In this document: positions 26,930 to 37,817 of the stretch, piece by piece | Position numbering within the stretch: the stretch's first letter is position 1 | Layout of the letters: the number at the start of each line of letters is the position of its first letter | Assembly: GCA_048595275.1 (NCBI GenBank) | Contig: JBMDWN010000024.1 | Coordinates: 1,125 to 65,124 of the forward strand | Direction: 5' to 3' | DNA from: Olivibacter sp. | Lineage (GTDB): Bacteria > Bacteroidota > Bacteroidia > Sphingobacteriales > Sphingobacteriaceae | DNA length: 64,000 bases | The notes under the pieces: model-generated | Databases searched by the model: none | Told to the model about the DNA's origin: nothing | Seen by the model: the letters and a program-made list of their open reading frames with translations, nothing else | Position numbers and translations under genes: made by a program

Positions 26930-27559
26930 TTACTTCTTTTCTTTTCCCGATTTTAATTTCCGACGAATTAACGCGATTATTATCGGCGCGGTCGCCAGTG
27001 CGATAAACGCAATGACGATATACTCGATATAGTCAACGATTTGCGGGAACTCACGACCAAGAAAATATCCAAGCAGGGTCAATATAAGCACCCAAAGCAA
27101 GCAACCGAAAATGTTAAAAGCTACGAAACGCTTAAAGTCCAGCTTGACAACACCTGCAAATATGGGAGCAAATGTACGGATAATTGGCATAAATCTTCCG
27201 AGTATCAAAGCCGCACCGCCGTATTTATTATAGAACTCTTCCGCCATGACCACATATTTCCGTTTGAACAGCCAAGACTCCTTCCGGGTAAACAGCATGG
27301 GTCCGGCACGGTACCCAAACCAATATCCAACAAAATTCCCTAATACACCGGCTGCGATCATCCCCCCGCATAACGTATAGATATCGACCTCCAGCAAGCC
27401 GGAAGCACAAAAAAGACCGGAAAGGAAAAGCATATAGTCACCGGGCAGGAAAAAACCGAAGAAAAGACCGGTTTCGGCAAAAATGATAAATAAAATGAGG
27501 ATAAAACCACCCGACTTAATCAACGCCTCTGCGTCCAGTAACTGTGTAAAACTTTCCAT
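26930..27559 (-). CDS. DedA-family membrane protein
   Basis: FAETGLFFGFFLPGDYMLF motif, 209 aa, multiple TM helices. Confidence 0.88.
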   Translation of the reverse strand: MESFTQLLDAEALIKSGGFILILFIIFAETGLFFGFFLPGDYMLFLSGLFCASGLLEVDIYTLCGGMIAAGVLGNFVGYWFGYRAGPMLFTRKESWLFKRKYVVMAEEFYNKYGGAALILGRFMPIIRTFAPIFAGVVKLDFKRFVAFNIFGCLLWVLILTLLGYFLGREFPQIVDYIEYIVIAFIALATAPIIIALIRRKLKSGKEKK

Positions 27560-27616
27560 ATAACGACTTAACCGTCTAATGGGCAGTGAGCAACTGATCT
27601 ATCATAACGTCCCCGA

Positions 27617-28999
27617 CTAAAGCAGTCCGGTAATGAACGAGGGATAGAGGCCGATGATCAACGTAATCAAAATACAAAGCGCCAGAACAACTTTATATGT
27701 AGAGTTTACCTCGATCACGGTCGATTGCTGGTCTTTAAAATACAAGTTTATGACCACGTGGAAATAGTAATAAATACCCACTGCCGCATTTATAGCCGCT
27801 AAAATAATTAAAGTAACATGATTTTGAGACAAAACTTCAGAAAACATCATGAACTTCCCGATGAACCCCGCGGTCAGTGGAATACCGGCCAGGGAAAACA
27901 TGGACACCGTGAGCGGTATAGCCAGCCAGGGATTATTGCGGCCTAAGCCATTAAACGCTTCGAAGTTCTCGCTGCCTTGTGAACGCTTTACAAGAATCAG
28001 TGTCGCGAAGGCAACAATGGAGGCCATGGCGTAGCCAAGACCGTAAATAAACAGGCCGCTTGCTGCGACCGGAGAAAGCCCAATGAGTGCGAAGAGCATG
28101 TAGCCGGCATGAGAGATGCTGGAATACGCCAACATTCTTTTGAAGCTTGCCTGTACCATGGCCACTACGTTACCCACAATAAGGGTGATGACCGACACAA
28201 TTTCCAAAAGCGGCGTCCAAAATTCGTTCACGGTAGCTAAGGAAACGCTGAACAGACGAAACAATGCTGCAAAAGCAGCAATCTTTACGACCGTACTCAT
28301 AAATGCGGTGATCAAAATGGGTGAGCCCTCATAGACATCGGGCGTCCAAAAATGGAACGGTGCAGCGCCTACTTTGAAAAGCAGACCAATCATGATCATG
28401 ACTATTCCAACATAAGCGTAAGCCGGTAAATTGGCGGTTTGACTTACGAAATAATCTTTCAACAGGCCGATATCGAAAGTTCCGCTAGCTCCGTACAGCA
28501 AGGCTATTCCAAATAACAGGAAGCCGGTTGAAAAGGCACCCATCAGAAAATACTTCATGGCGGCTTCGTTCGACTGCAGATCCTTCTTTCGTATCCCCGC
28601 TAATATATAAAGGGCTACTGACATAATTTCGATCCCGATAAACAGCATGGCCAGGTTGTGGTACGAAACGACCATGAGTGCACCACTCATGGAAAACACC
28701 ATCAGCGCATAATACTCCGGAATGTTAGAGCTCATGGAGTCAAAATAGTACTTCGAGAGAAGAAAAATAAGCAGAGCAGATATAAGTATGAGGGCTGAGA
28801 AGGCTTTCGCATAGGGATCAAAAAGAACCATCCCGTGAAACCCGGGCTGGATGTCCGATTCGAAAAAGCCGGGCACCTGGGAGGCAAGGGCAATTAGTAT
28901 TCCCAATACGGACACTGTCAATAATACACCTCTTTTATTAAAAATACCCAGGTATAACAGTACCATTCCCAATAAAGCCAGTGTTATAATAGCAATCAT
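27617..28999 (-). CDS. nuoN: NADH-quinone oxidoreductase subunit N
   Basis: 460-aa antiporter-like polytopic protein in the last position of the nuo operon. Confidence 0.92.
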   Translation of the reverse strand: MIAIITLALLGMVLLYLGIFNKRGVLLTVSVLGILIALASQVPGFFESDIQPGFHGMVLFDPYAKAFSALILISALLIFLLSKYYFDSMSSNIPEYYALMVFSMSGALMVVSYHNLAMLFIGIEIMSVALYILAGIRKKDLQSNEAAMKYFLMGAFSTGFLLFGIALLYGASGTFDIGLLKDYFVSQTANLPAYAYVGIVMIMIGLLFKVGAAPFHFWTPDVYEGSPILITAFMSTVVKIAAFAALFRLFSVSLATVNEFWTPLLEIVSVITLIVGNVVAMVQASFKRMLAYSSISHAGYMLFALIGLSPVAASGLFIYGLGYAMASIVAFATLILVKRSQGSENFEAFNGLGRNNPWLAIPLTVSMFSLAGIPLTAGFIGKFMMFSEVLSQNHVTLIILAAINAAVGIYYYFHVVINLYFKDQQSTVIEVNSTYKVVLALCILITLIIGLYPSFITGLL

Positions 29000-29039
29000 C
29001 TAATTTCTTGTTAGTCTTACCCCAAAATATATTGCACCA

Positions 29040-30488
29040 TCAAAAACCTGTAGTCGTCATTAAGTTTCTTACTCCGGCTTCAGAGAGGTTAAGTATCGCC
29101 GATGGATACAATCCAAGCACCAAAACCAGTAAAGCTATGATCGAAAGAAGTATTAGTTCGGCGCCCCGGACGTCCGCCACACGTTCGGCTTGAACAGATA
29201 CTTCGCCCAACATAAGATGCTGGTAAAGTCTTAGCATATAAGCAGCGCCAAGAATAATGGTAAGTCCGGCGAATAAGCTGGCTTCCAACCGATATTCATA
29301 TAGACCGCTCAGGAGCAGAAATTCCCCAACGAAACCATTTGTCAGCGGTAACCCGATCGACCCTAACAAAATAATAAAGAACAGCACCGCCAGTTTAGGC
29401 GCACGCTTTGCTATGCCGCCAAGCTCATAAAGATTAAGTGTACCAGTTTGTCTTTGTATTACATCCAGACATAGGAATAATCCTACGACATTCAAACCGT
29501 GATTGAACATTTGCAGTACAGACCCCTGCAATGAATCTGTATTCCAGGCAAAGATCCCAGCCGCTATCAATCCAACGTGGGCCATGGATGAATAGGCAAT
29601 CAGCCGCTTTGCTTCTTTTTGTTTCAATGCTATGATGGAAGCGTAAACAATGCCGATGATTGCTAACACGATGATCAGCGTCTTAAATTGAAGAAAAGCA
29701 TCCGGTGCGATGGGAATTAGCCAGCGGATAAGGCCGAATAGACCCATCTTCAGCATGATACCAGCTAATAACATGGTCCCCGGAATTGGAGCCATAGTAT
29801 AGGTATCCGGCTGCCAGGTATGGAATGGAAAAATTGGAATTTTAATGGCGAAAGCAAGCAGAAAACCCCAGAATACCCAGGTTTGAACCGATGGATCCAA
29901 ATTTAGAGCATAAAAGGAGGCTAGTCCAAAGTCAGCATTCGGCACCTGAAAATATAAATAGATTATGCTGACCAGCATAAAAAGGCTTCCCGTGAAGGTG
30001 TAAATAAAGAATTTGAGAGAAATCGGCCGCCTGTTTTCCCCGCCCCATAAGGCGCATATGAAGTAAATGGGAATCAGCGCCAACTCCCAGCCAACGTAAA
30101 ATAAAAAAGCATCTAGCGCTGTGAAGACCAACAGCAGCCCCGATTGCATCAAGAAGACTAAGCTGTAAAAGCTTTTGGAGTAACCCCTTCCAAAACTGGC
30201 TCCAATGATAAAGGGAATGAGCACGTTCGTTAAAAGAACCAGCGACATGGCGATGCCGTCTACCCCCATATGTAACCGGGCACCGAGACCAGGTATCCAC
30301 TCCAGATCGACTACATACTGAACCCCTCCGTCAGGATTAAAATTATACCAGTAGAACAATACCAGACCAAACGAGACAATTGAAAGGGTAAAGGCTATTT
30401 TACTGATACTACGCTCTGATGCCTTGAAAAACAGAAGAACAATTGCAGAGAAAAGCGGAACAAGTAATAGAAGCGCGACGTTATCCAT
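29040..30488 (-). CDS. nuoM: NADH-quinone oxidoreductase subunit M
   Basis: 482-aa antiporter-like subunit (..FHTWQPDTY..), positioned between nuoL and nuoN. Confidence 0.93.
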   Translation of the reverse strand: MDNVALLLLVPLFSAIVLLFFKASERSISKIAFTLSIVSFGLVLFYWYNFNPDGGVQYVVDLEWIPGLGARLHMGVDGIAMSLVLLTNVLIPFIIGASFGRGYSKSFYSLVFLMQSGLLLVFTALDAFLFYVGWELALIPIYFICALWGGENRRPISLKFFIYTFTGSLFMLVSIIYLYFQVPNADFGLASFYALNLDPSVQTWVFWGFLLAFAIKIPIFPFHTWQPDTYTMAPIPGTMLLAGIMLKMGLFGLIRWLIPIAPDAFLQFKTLIIVLAIIGIVYASIIALKQKEAKRLIAYSSMAHVGLIAAGIFAWNTDSLQGSVLQMFNHGLNVVGLFLCLDVIQRQTGTLNLYELGGIAKRAPKLAVLFFIILLGSIGLPLTNGFVGEFLLLSGLYEYRLEASLFAGLTIILGAAYMLRLYQHLMLGEVSVQAERVADVRGAELILLSIIALLVLVLGLYPSAILNLSEAGVRNLMTTTGF

Positions 30489-30502
30489 GTATAAGTTTTA
30501 GA

Positions 30503-32428
30503 TCAACTGAGATAGAAAAGGGTGTATCCGAGCAAACAAACGATGCCGACTACCATGAGAAACAGGTAAAACCCTGCATGACCGTTTTGCACAAGTCGCA
30601 ACAGTTTACCGGACTCCATAAAACTTCCGCCCAAACCATTCACGATTCCGTCAATTCCCTTCCGGTCAAACCATTGATATAGAAATTCGGAAAGACGAAA
30701 TAAAGGTCTAACGATTAAGCGATTGTAGACCTCATCTATGTACAGCCGATTGGAAGAGAGTCTCTTCAAGAAATGGCTTTCTTCACCGCTTTCTCCGGGA
30801 ACTGTACCAGCTTTTACGTAACGCCTATACGCAAAACCTACCACAAGCAGAACGGCTACTACCGAGACGCCCATTAGCAGATATTCGGTTGAATGGCTTA
30901 AGCTGCTTACCGTCATGTTTCCTCCGGAGCGAAGGCTTGGGCTTAGGAAATGCCCGAGCATTTCTGAACCTCCAAAGAGTACAGGCACGTTAATCACACC
31001 TGCGACTACAGATAGAACGGCGAGTATAATCAGAGGGATCGTCATCAACGGCGGGGATTCATGAAGGTGTTCGCGCTCGGAAATGCTGCCCCGGAACGAC
31101 CCGAAAAAGGTCAGATAGAGCATCCTGAACATGTAGAAGGCCGTCATCACTGCTCCGAAAACACCCAGAATCCAGAATACCGGTTGCTCGGCAAAGGCTG
31201 CTGCCAAAATCTGATCCTTAGAGAAAAAGCCTGAAAGTGGTGGTATACCCGATATGGCAATCGTTCCGATTAACATGGTTCTATAGGTGACGGGCAGCGC
31301 TTTCTTAAGCCCACCCATACTTCGCATATCTTGCTGATTACTCATGGCATGAATAACCGAACCAGCTCCTAGAAAAAGTAAGGCTTTAAAAAAGGCATGG
31401 GTAATTACATGGAAAAACGCGGCACCGAAAGCACCCAGCCCTAAGGCCAGAAACATATACCCCAGTTGAGAAACCGTGGAGTAAGCCAGCACTTTTTTGA
31501 TATCGTTTTGCCTGAGGGCTATGAATGCCGCTACCAGAGCTGTTGCAAGACCAATCACCGCAATCCATTCCATGGTTACCGGAGAAAGCACAAATAAAAC
31601 GCTGCTCCTTGCTATCAGGTAAATACCAGCGGTGACCATGGTGGCTGCGTGAATTAAAGCCGAAACCGGAGTGGGACCGGCCATGGCATCCGGCAGCCAG
31701 GTGAACAGTGGAATCTGCGCTGATTTACCGGTAGCAGCAATAAAGAGTAAAAAAGTAATCAGCACGATGGCGGGGTCTCCGACCTGCATCGCGCTTCCAT
31801 CCGTCAGCACCTTACTGAACTCGAGCGAACCAAAGGTGCCCAGCAAAGCGAAAAGTGCGATGAGAAAGCCCAGGTCGCCAATGCGGTTCATCACAAAGGC
31901 TTTTTTAGCCGCCAGAGAATAGTCTGTCTTGCTATACCAAAAACCGATTAAGAGGTAAGAGCACAACCCAACCCCTTCCCAGCCAATAAATAAAACGAGG
32001 TAATTGGATCCCAGTACTAGGAGCAGCATGAAGAATATAAAAAGATTCAGGTAGGCGAAATACCGGCCAAAGCCTTCATCATGCTTCATATAGGCCGTGG
32101 AATATAAATGAATCAAGCCACCAACACCGGTGATGATCAACAACATAACCGAACTCAGTGGATCGACCATTAACGAAAGGTTGATCTCAAAACGATCCGT
32201 CCTGAACCATTCAAACAAGGGCTGCGTGAAGCTGCTGACAGCGTCGGCGCGATAAGCCGCCAGAACTTCAAGGAACACCAGCAGGCTCATCACAAAAGCA
32301 GCAGCAACGACTCCGCAGGCGATTACCGATACACCTGTCTTTTTAAGTGCCGTACCGGAAAGTCCGATTATCAGTGAACCCACTAAGGGAAGCAATACGA
32401 TCCAGATTAGTAAAGTCATAGTTACCAT
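30503..32428 (-). CDS. nuoL: NADH-quinone oxidoreductase subunit L
   Basis: 641 aa with the long C-terminal extension typical of NuoL. WLPDAMAGPTPVSALIHAATMVTAG motif. Confidence 0.95.
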   Translation of the reverse strand: MVTMTLLIWIVLLPLVGSLIIGLSGTALKKTGVSVIACGVVAAAFVMSLLVFLEVLAAYRADAVSSFTQPLFEWFRTDRFEINLSLMVDPLSSVMLLIITGVGGLIHLYSTAYMKHDEGFGRYFAYLNLFIFFMLLLVLGSNYLVLFIGWEGVGLCSYLLIGFWYSKTDYSLAAKKAFVMNRIGDLGFLIALFALLGTFGSLEFSKVLTDGSAMQVGDPAIVLITFLLFIAATGKSAQIPLFTWLPDAMAGPTPVSALIHAATMVTAGIYLIARSSVLFVLSPVTMEWIAVIGLATALVAAFIALRQNDIKKVLAYSTVSQLGYMFLALGLGAFGAAFFHVITHAFFKALLFLGAGSVIHAMSNQQDMRSMGGLKKALPVTYRTMLIGTIAISGIPPLSGFFSKDQILAAAFAEQPVFWILGVFGAVMTAFYMFRMLYLTFFGSFRGSISEREHLHESPPLMTIPLIILAVLSVVAGVINVPVLFGGSEMLGHFLSPSLRSGGNMTVSSLSHSTEYLLMGVSVVAVLLVVGFAYRRYVKAGTVPGESGEESHFLKRLSSNRLYIDEVYNRLIVRPLFRLSEFLYQWFDRKGIDGIVNGLGGSFMESGKLLRLVQNGHAGFYLFLMVVGIVCLLGYTLFYLS

Positions 32429-32751
32429 TTAAGTTTGTTGAGCGTATTGACGTCAATAGATCGCGTATTGCGATAAATCATCACCATTATAGCCAGGCCT
32501 ACCGCTACTTCCGCTGCGGCAAGGGCCATTACAAAAAACACAAATACCTGCCCGGCGGCATCTCCGTGAAAGACCGAAAAAACAACCAGTAACAGATTAA
32601 CCGAATTCAGCATAAGCTCAATAGACATCATTAAAATGATGACGTTTCTCCTGGTCAACACACCCACGACGCCAATCGAGAAAATAATTGCGCAAAAAAT
32701 CAGGTAGTGATTTAAAGGAACACCCTGTATTTGAGAAATCATATTATCCAT
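32422..32751 (-). CDS. nuoK: NADH-quinone oxidoreductase subunit K
   Basis: 109 aa, 3 TM helices, correct operon position. Short overlaps with nuoJ and nuoL. Confidence 0.92.
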   Translation of the reverse strand: MDNMISQIQGVPLNHYLIFCAIIFSIGVVGVLTRRNVIILMMSIELMLNSVNLLLVVFSVFHGDAAGQVFVFFVMALAAAEVAVGLAIMVMIYRNTRSIDVNTLNKLKW

Positions 32752-33241
32752 GCTGTTTGTCGTTTTTGGCCAGTAATACGGCTCCTACCATAGCTGTAAG
32801 CAATAAAACGGAAGACAATTCAAAGGGAAGCAAAAATTCGTTGAACAGGACCTTTCCGAGGTTTTTCACCAGGCCTACGTCAGGATTGCTAAGCTGAACG
32901 GATTCGGATGGAAGCGTGGCTTTTACGGCACCGAGCAGCGTAACCAACAAACAACATCCTGCAATAACACCTATGACTTTGACAAGCGTTGGCTTAACAG
33001 GCTCCATTTTCTGGTTAAGGTTTAGTAACATGAGCACGAAGAGAAAAAGAACCATAATAGCGCCCATGTATACAATGAAATTTACGACGGCCAGGAACTG
33101 TGCATTCAACAGTATGTAGTGAATGGTGAACGTAAAAAAAGTAATGACGAGGTAGAGTACGCTGTGTACCGGGTTCCTGGTTATGATCACCATGAGAGAG
33201 AAAATGATGCTTAAAAAAGCAACAAGATAAAATAAGGTCAT
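32744..33241 (-). CDS. nuoJ: NADH-quinone oxidoreductase subunit J
   Basis: 165 aa, 5 TM helices, correct operon position. Confidence 0.9.
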   Translation of the reverse strand: MTLFYLVAFLSIIFSLMVIITRNPVHSVLYLVITFFTFTIHYILLNAQFLAVVNFIVYMGAIMVLFLFVLMLLNLNQKMEPVKPTLVKVIGVIAGCCLLVTLLGAVKATLPSESVQLSNPDVGLVKNLGKVLFNEFLLPFELSSVLLLTAMVGAVLLAKNDKQHG

Positions 33242-33288
33242 CTGCTTAATTTAGGTTCTTTCATTTCATTTCTTTAATTCTAGTCCGC

Positions 33289-33798
33289 TTACTTGATTGC
33301 GTCCAGCAGGAACTTGTCTTCAACCAGCTTATCTTTCCCGTAGATAAAGTCTTTTCTCAGATAATCGGCAGGCACATGCGGCCCGTCGAGATAAATGGCC
33401 TCCTTTGGACAAGCTTCTTCACAGAGTCCGCAAAAGATGCATCGGAGCATGTTTATTTCATAAACAGCAGCATACTTTTCCTCACGGTATAGATTCTCCT
33501 CCCCTTTTTGCCTTTCCGCTGAAATCATAGTGATTGCCTCAGCAGGACAGGACAAAGCACAGAGCCCACAGGCCGTGCAGCGCTCCCGGCCTTCTTCATC
33601 TCTTTTCAGCGAATGCATCCCCCGAAAATTCTTAGAATAAGGTCGCTGCACTTCCGGATACGAAACCGTAGCCTTTTTCTTAAAAAAGTGCCGGATCGTG
33701 ATTTTCATTCCCTTGAAAATAGCCGGCAGATAAATTCTTTCCCAGAAGTTCATCGGCTTCTGTTCAATAACTTTTTTCCTGTTGCTGAGCGATTCCAT
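33289..33798 (-). CDS. nuoI: NADH-quinone oxidoreductase subunit I (2x[4Fe-4S])
   Basis: CTACGLCALSCP and CIFCGLCEEACP ferredoxin motifs. Confidence 0.95.
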   Translation of the reverse strand: MESLSNRKKVIEQKPMNFWERIYLPAIFKGMKITIRHFFKKKATVSYPEVQRPYSKNFRGMHSLKRDEEGRERCTACGLCALSCPAEAITMISAERQKGEENLYREEKYAAVYEINMLRCIFCGLCEEACPKEAIYLDGPHVPADYLRKDFIYGKDKLVEDKFLLDAIK

Positions 33799-33827
33799 TT
33801 TTGTATATTTCTTATCGTATCCTTCTT

Positions 33828-34868
33828 TTACCTGAGGTACTGATCGTAAACGAGCGTGAATATTCCTGTTAATGCGATATTAGCAATAGCTAAGGGAATT
33901 AATATTTTCCATCCAAGCGTCATGAGCTGATCGTAACGAAAACGGGGCAGGGTCCAGCGTATCCACATGAAGAGGAAAATAAATGCACCGATTTTCAGGA
34001 AGAAAGCGATCACCCCCAAAATTGTAATCCAATTCTGTGAAAGCCCAAGATCATGCATGAACGGAAAATTATAAGCTCCAAAATACAGTGCGGCCATCAC
34101 AGCGGAAGAGACAAACATATTGATGTATTCAGAAAACATATACAGTCCGAGTTTCATGGATGAATACTCCGTATGGTATCCACCTACCAACTCAGTTTCA
34201 CATTCAGGAAGATCGAAAGGAACCCGGTTACATTCGGCGAAAGCACAAGTGATAAACACTAAAAAACCCACCGGTTGAACCCATATATTCCAGTTGACAA
34301 ACCCACTTTGCTGTTCAGCGATTTCCCGGAGGGATAAGGTCTGTGTAACCATGAGGAGGGCGATAATGGAGAGTCCCATACCGATCTCATAACTGATGCT
34401 CTGAGACGCCGCTCGAATAGCACCCATAAGGGAATATTTGTTATTCGAAGCCCAGCCACCCAGCATGATGCCATAAACACCAAGCGCGATGACCCCGAAC
34501 ACATAGAGAATGCCGACGTTGACATCTGCCACCTGAAGCGAGACAGTTCGGCCACCGATCTCAAGTTCCTGCCCCCAGGGGATAACAGCACTTGTGATAC
34601 AAGCGGTCGTAATCGCGATAGTCGGACCTGCTATGAACAGGAAGCGATGCGCACCTGCCGGGATAATTTCTTCTTTGAAGAAAAATTTCCCACCGTCCGC
34701 CAACGGCTGTAATATTCCGAAAGGGCCAGCCCGGTTTGGCCCTCTTCTGTCCTGCATAAAACCGGCGACCTTTCGTTCAATGAGCGTTGAATACATGGCA
34801 ATCACCAGTGTCAGGACGAACACAATTACGATGAGGACAAATTTTTCTATGATAAAGGCTGTTTCCAT
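33828..34868 (-). CDS. nuoH: NADH-quinone oxidoreductase subunit H
   Basis: 346 aa. RKVAGFMQDRRGPNR.GP.G.LQP.AD motif. Confidence 0.95.
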   Translation of the reverse strand: METAFIIEKFVLIVIVFVLTLVIAMYSTLIERKVAGFMQDRRGPNRAGPFGILQPLADGGKFFFKEEIIPAGAHRFLFIAGPTIAITTACITSAVIPWGQELEIGGRTVSLQVADVNVGILYVFGVIALGVYGIMLGGWASNNKYSLMGAIRAASQSISYEIGMGLSIIALLMVTQTLSLREIAEQQSGFVNWNIWVQPVGFLVFITCAFAECNRVPFDLPECETELVGGYHTEYSSMKLGLYMFSEYINMFVSSAVMAALYFGAYNFPFMHDLGLSQNWITILGVIAFFLKIGAFIFLFMWIRWTLPRFRYDQLMTLGWKILIPLAIANIALTGIFTLVYDQYLR

Positions 34869-34892
34869 AAAGTCATGTTCTTCAGGCGTTGA

Positions 34893-35897
34893 TTACCACC
34901 TGGTAGCTTTTTCAAAATGCTCCTTATTCATTTCCTGCAGCGTCTGATTCTTTTTTACAACCGGGGGAGGGAGCTGCTCGTAATGGTTAGCTGAGATTAC
35001 CGATTCATTGGTGATCTTGCTTGGCCCTTCGATTACCCAATCTGCGGTGTTCTTTTTTTCGAACCGACAGGTGTTGCATATGAACGATGTTACTTCTCCG
35101 TAGACGTCTTTACGGGCCGTAACCCTCAGCACTTCCTGACCTTTATACCAAAGCCTCACCTGACCACCGCAGGTTGGACAGTCCCGATGAGCATCGACCG
35201 GTTTAGTAAACCATACCCGGTTTTTAAACCGGAAAGTTTTATCCGTCAGCGCACCCACCGGACAGACGTCTATCATATTTCCGGAAAAATCATTATCGAC
35301 AGCCTTTTGAATATAGGTCGAGATTTCAGCAGCGTCTCCTCTACCCAGCACACCGTGCACGCGTTGAGGCGTCAGCTGATCCGCTACAAAGACACAACGA
35401 TAACAGAGGATACATCGGGTCATGTGTAGTTGTATCTCATCACCGATATCGATCTTTTCAAAAGTTCGCCGCTGAAATTCATACCGGGTCGCCTCGGCAC
35501 CGTGCTCATAACCAAGGTCCTGAAGATGGCATTCTCCGGCCTGGTCACAGATGGGACAATCCAGCGGGTGGTTAATGAGCAACATTTCCACTACCCCCTT
35601 CCTTGCTTCAAGAACTTCATTAGAACTTATGTTCTGCACTTCCATTCCATCCATGACCGTAGTCCGGCAGGAAGCGACCAATTTCGGCATAGGCCTCGGA
35701 TCCTTTTCAGATCCTTTACTTACTTTAACCAGACAGGTTCGGCATTTACCTCCGCTCCCCTCCAGTTTGGAATAGTAACACATGGCCGGCGGCACTATAT
35801 CTCCCCCTATCCTTCTGGCGGCATTTAAAATCGTCGTCCCGGCTTCCACTTCTACGGGTATCCCGTCGATGCTTACTTTCAATAGATTCTCTGCCAT
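34893..35897 (-). CDS. nuoG: NADH-quinone oxidoreductase subunit G, short form (2Fe-2S plus 4Fe-4S N-terminal module only)
   Basis: CYYSKLEGSGGKCRTCLV (2Fe-2S), HPLDCPICDQAGEC and CILCYRCV cluster motifs. At 334 aa it lacks the molybdopterin-like C-terminal domain. Confidence 0.9.
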   Translation of the reverse strand: MAENLLKVSIDGIPVEVEAGTTILNAARRIGGDIVPPAMCYYSKLEGSGGKCRTCLVKVSKGSEKDPRPMPKLVASCRTTVMDGMEVQNISSNEVLEARKGVVEMLLINHPLDCPICDQAGECHLQDLGYEHGAEATRYEFQRRTFEKIDIGDEIQLHMTRCILCYRCVFVADQLTPQRVHGVLGRGDAAEISTYIQKAVDNDFSGNMIDVCPVGALTDKTFRFKNRVWFTKPVDAHRDCPTCGGQVRLWYKGQEVLRVTARKDVYGEVTSFICNTCRFEKKNTADWVIEGPSKITNESVISANHYEQLPPPVVKKNQTLQEMNKEHFEKATRW

Positions 35898-35933
35898 AAA
35901 ACTATTTATATAACGTGTCCTTCAGCATCCCTT

Positions 35934-37286
35934 TCATAATACCGGTTCAAGTGGATCAGCGTAATGGGCTAATCCGAAGTTACGGAGTAAAGCTTCGTTT
36001 GAGCTGGTGACATGCCATTCAAATTCATCCCTAAAATGCCGGATCGCACTGGCAACCGGCCAGGCGGCCGCATCGCCCAGCGGACAAATGGTATTTCCTT
36101 CTATCTTTTTTGATACATCCACAAGCAAGTCGAGGTCGCTCAGCTTTCCCTCTCCGGACTCCAACCGATGCAATACTTTCTCCATCCACCCGGTACCCTC
36201 TCTGCAAGGCGAACATTGTCCACAGCTCTCATGGTGATAAAAGCGGGTAAAATTCCAGGTGTTGCGAACGATGCACTGATCTTCGTCGAATACAATAAAG
36301 CCCCCCGAGCCGAGCATGGTACCGGAAGCAAAACCTCCATCTGCGAGCGATTCATACGTCATCAGCCTGGATTCTCCTTTCTCCGTTTTTAAGATCAGGT
36401 TTGCCGGTAAGATCGGTACAGACGACCCACCCGCTACGACCGCTTTCATCCGCTTTCCGTTTGCTATTCCACCACAGTAGGATTCATCGTAGATAAACTC
36501 TTCTACGGACAATCCGAGTTCAATCTCGTAAACCCCGGGGCGTTTAATATTTCCCGAGGCAGATATAAGTTTAGTACCGGTACTGCGGCCGACGCCTATT
36601 TTCGCATATTCTTCACCACCAAGATTGATGACCGGTACCGTGGCAGCAATGGACTCTACGTTATTTACGACCGTGGGACAATTGTACAAACCCGCCACGG
36701 CAGGAAATGGGGGCTTGATCCGGGGATTACCCCGTTTACCCTCCAGGGATTCAAGTAAAGCGGTTTCTTCTCCACAGATGTAAGCTCCTCCACCCGGATG
36801 CACATACAGTTCGAGATCGAAGCCCGTTCCCAGAATGTTTTTTCCAATGAAACCAGCGGCCCTCGCTTCTTCAATAGCACGCTCGAGAATCCGGATCTGA
36901 GGCATCATCTCTCCCCGAACGTAGATGTAGGAAGTATTTGCTCCGAGCGCATAGCTCGCTACGATCATTCCCTCGATCAGGGCATGAGGAATTCGGGTCA
37001 TCAGAAACCGGTCTTTAAAGGTTCCCGGTTCCGATTCGTCTGCGTTGCAAACAAGATATCTTGGCACTCCCTCGGGTTTGGCAAGAAAACTCCATTTCAT
37101 GCCTGTAGGAAAACCGGCTCCTCCGCGCCCCCTTAAGCCTGATTTCTTCACCTCCTCCACAACCTCTTCAGGGCTCATCTGATTCAAAGCCTTTTCCACA
37201 GCCGCGTAACCCCCTTTTGAGCGGTAGGTTTGAAGGGTTTCGATCCCGGGGACATCAATGTGGTTCAATAGCAACTTCCTTGACAT
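35934..37286 (-). CDS. nuoF: NADH-quinone oxidoreductase subunit F
   Basis: [16 protein letters not shown] (FMN/NADH site) and [12 protein letters not shown] (4Fe-4S). Confidence 0.96.
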   Translation of the reverse strand: MSRKLLLNHIDVPGIETLQTYRSKGGYAAVEKALNQMSPEEVVEEVKKSGLRGRGGAGFPTGMKWSFLAKPEGVPRYLVCNADESEPGTFKDRFLMTRIPHALIEGMIVASYALGANTSYIYVRGEMMPQIRILERAIEEARAAGFIGKNILGTGFDLELYVHPGGGAYICGEETALLESLEGKRGNPRIKPPFPAVAGLYNCPTVVNNVESIAATVPVINLGGEEYAKIGVGRSTGTKLISASGNIKRPGVYEIELGLSVEEFIYDESYCGGIANGKRMKAVVAGGSSVPILPANLILKTEKGESRLMTYESLADGGFASGTMLGSGGFIVFDEDQCIVRNTWNFTRFYHHESCGQCSPCREGTGWMEKVLHRLESGEGKLSDLDLLVDVSKKIEGNTICPLGDAAAWPVASAIRHFRDEFEWHVTSSNEALLRNFGLAHYADPLEPVL

Positions 37287-37289
37287 CGC

Positions 37290-37817
37290 TTATGTATTTT
37301 TATGTTTAGAGGTCAGTTGCTCAATCAGCTCGTCTACCCGCTCCTTTGTCAACTTCTCATGATAGGTATAATCGGGTCCGATCTGAAGCACCGGCCCCGT
37401 ACCGCAGGCGGCAAGGCATTCCACGCCTCTCCAACTGAATAAACCGTCGTCCGTTACCTCGTGTTCTTTCACTCCAAGTTTCTCCTCAATATATTGAAGC
37501 ATATCTTCAGCGCCCACCAGGCAGCAAGGCCCTGTCCGGCAAACCTCCAAAGTATATTTACCAGTCGGCTTCAGGAAGAACATGGTATAAAATGTGGCAA
37601 CTTCATATACCTCGATCGACTCGATCTTCAGATAAGACGCTACCGCGTCCATCGCTTCACTACTCAACCAGCCAAAGCGTGCCTGAACTTCGTGCAGAAT
37701 CGGAAGCAAGGCTGATTTTTTTCGTTCTTCCGGGTATCTGGAAACCAGATCGTTAAAACGCTGAAGATCCGTTTCCGAGAATTTTACTTCTTTACTGTTC
37801 TCGCTGGTACTAAGCAT
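37290..37817 (-). CDS. nuoE: NADH-quinone oxidoreductase subunit E
   Basis: Thioredoxin-like 2Fe-2S protein: CRTGPCCLVGA ... CLAACGTGP. Confidence 0.93.
   Translation of the reverse strand: MLSTSENSKEVKFSETDLQRFNDLVSRYPEERKKSALLPILHEVQARFGWLSSEAMDAVASYLKIESIEVYEVATFYTMFFLKPTGKYTLEVCRTGPCCLVGAEDMLQYIEEKLGVKEHEVTDDGLFSWRGVECLAACGTGPVLQIGPDYTYHEKLTKERVDELIEQLTSKHKNT

Noticed and set aside
34893-35897. NuoG is only 334 aa, which raised a suspicion of truncation or a pseudogene.
   Set aside because: All N-terminal Fe-S cluster motifs are intact and the gene ends cleanly 24 nt before nuoH. As far as I recall, the short NuoG lacking the molybdopterin-like domain is the normal form in non-Bacteroides Bacteroidota.
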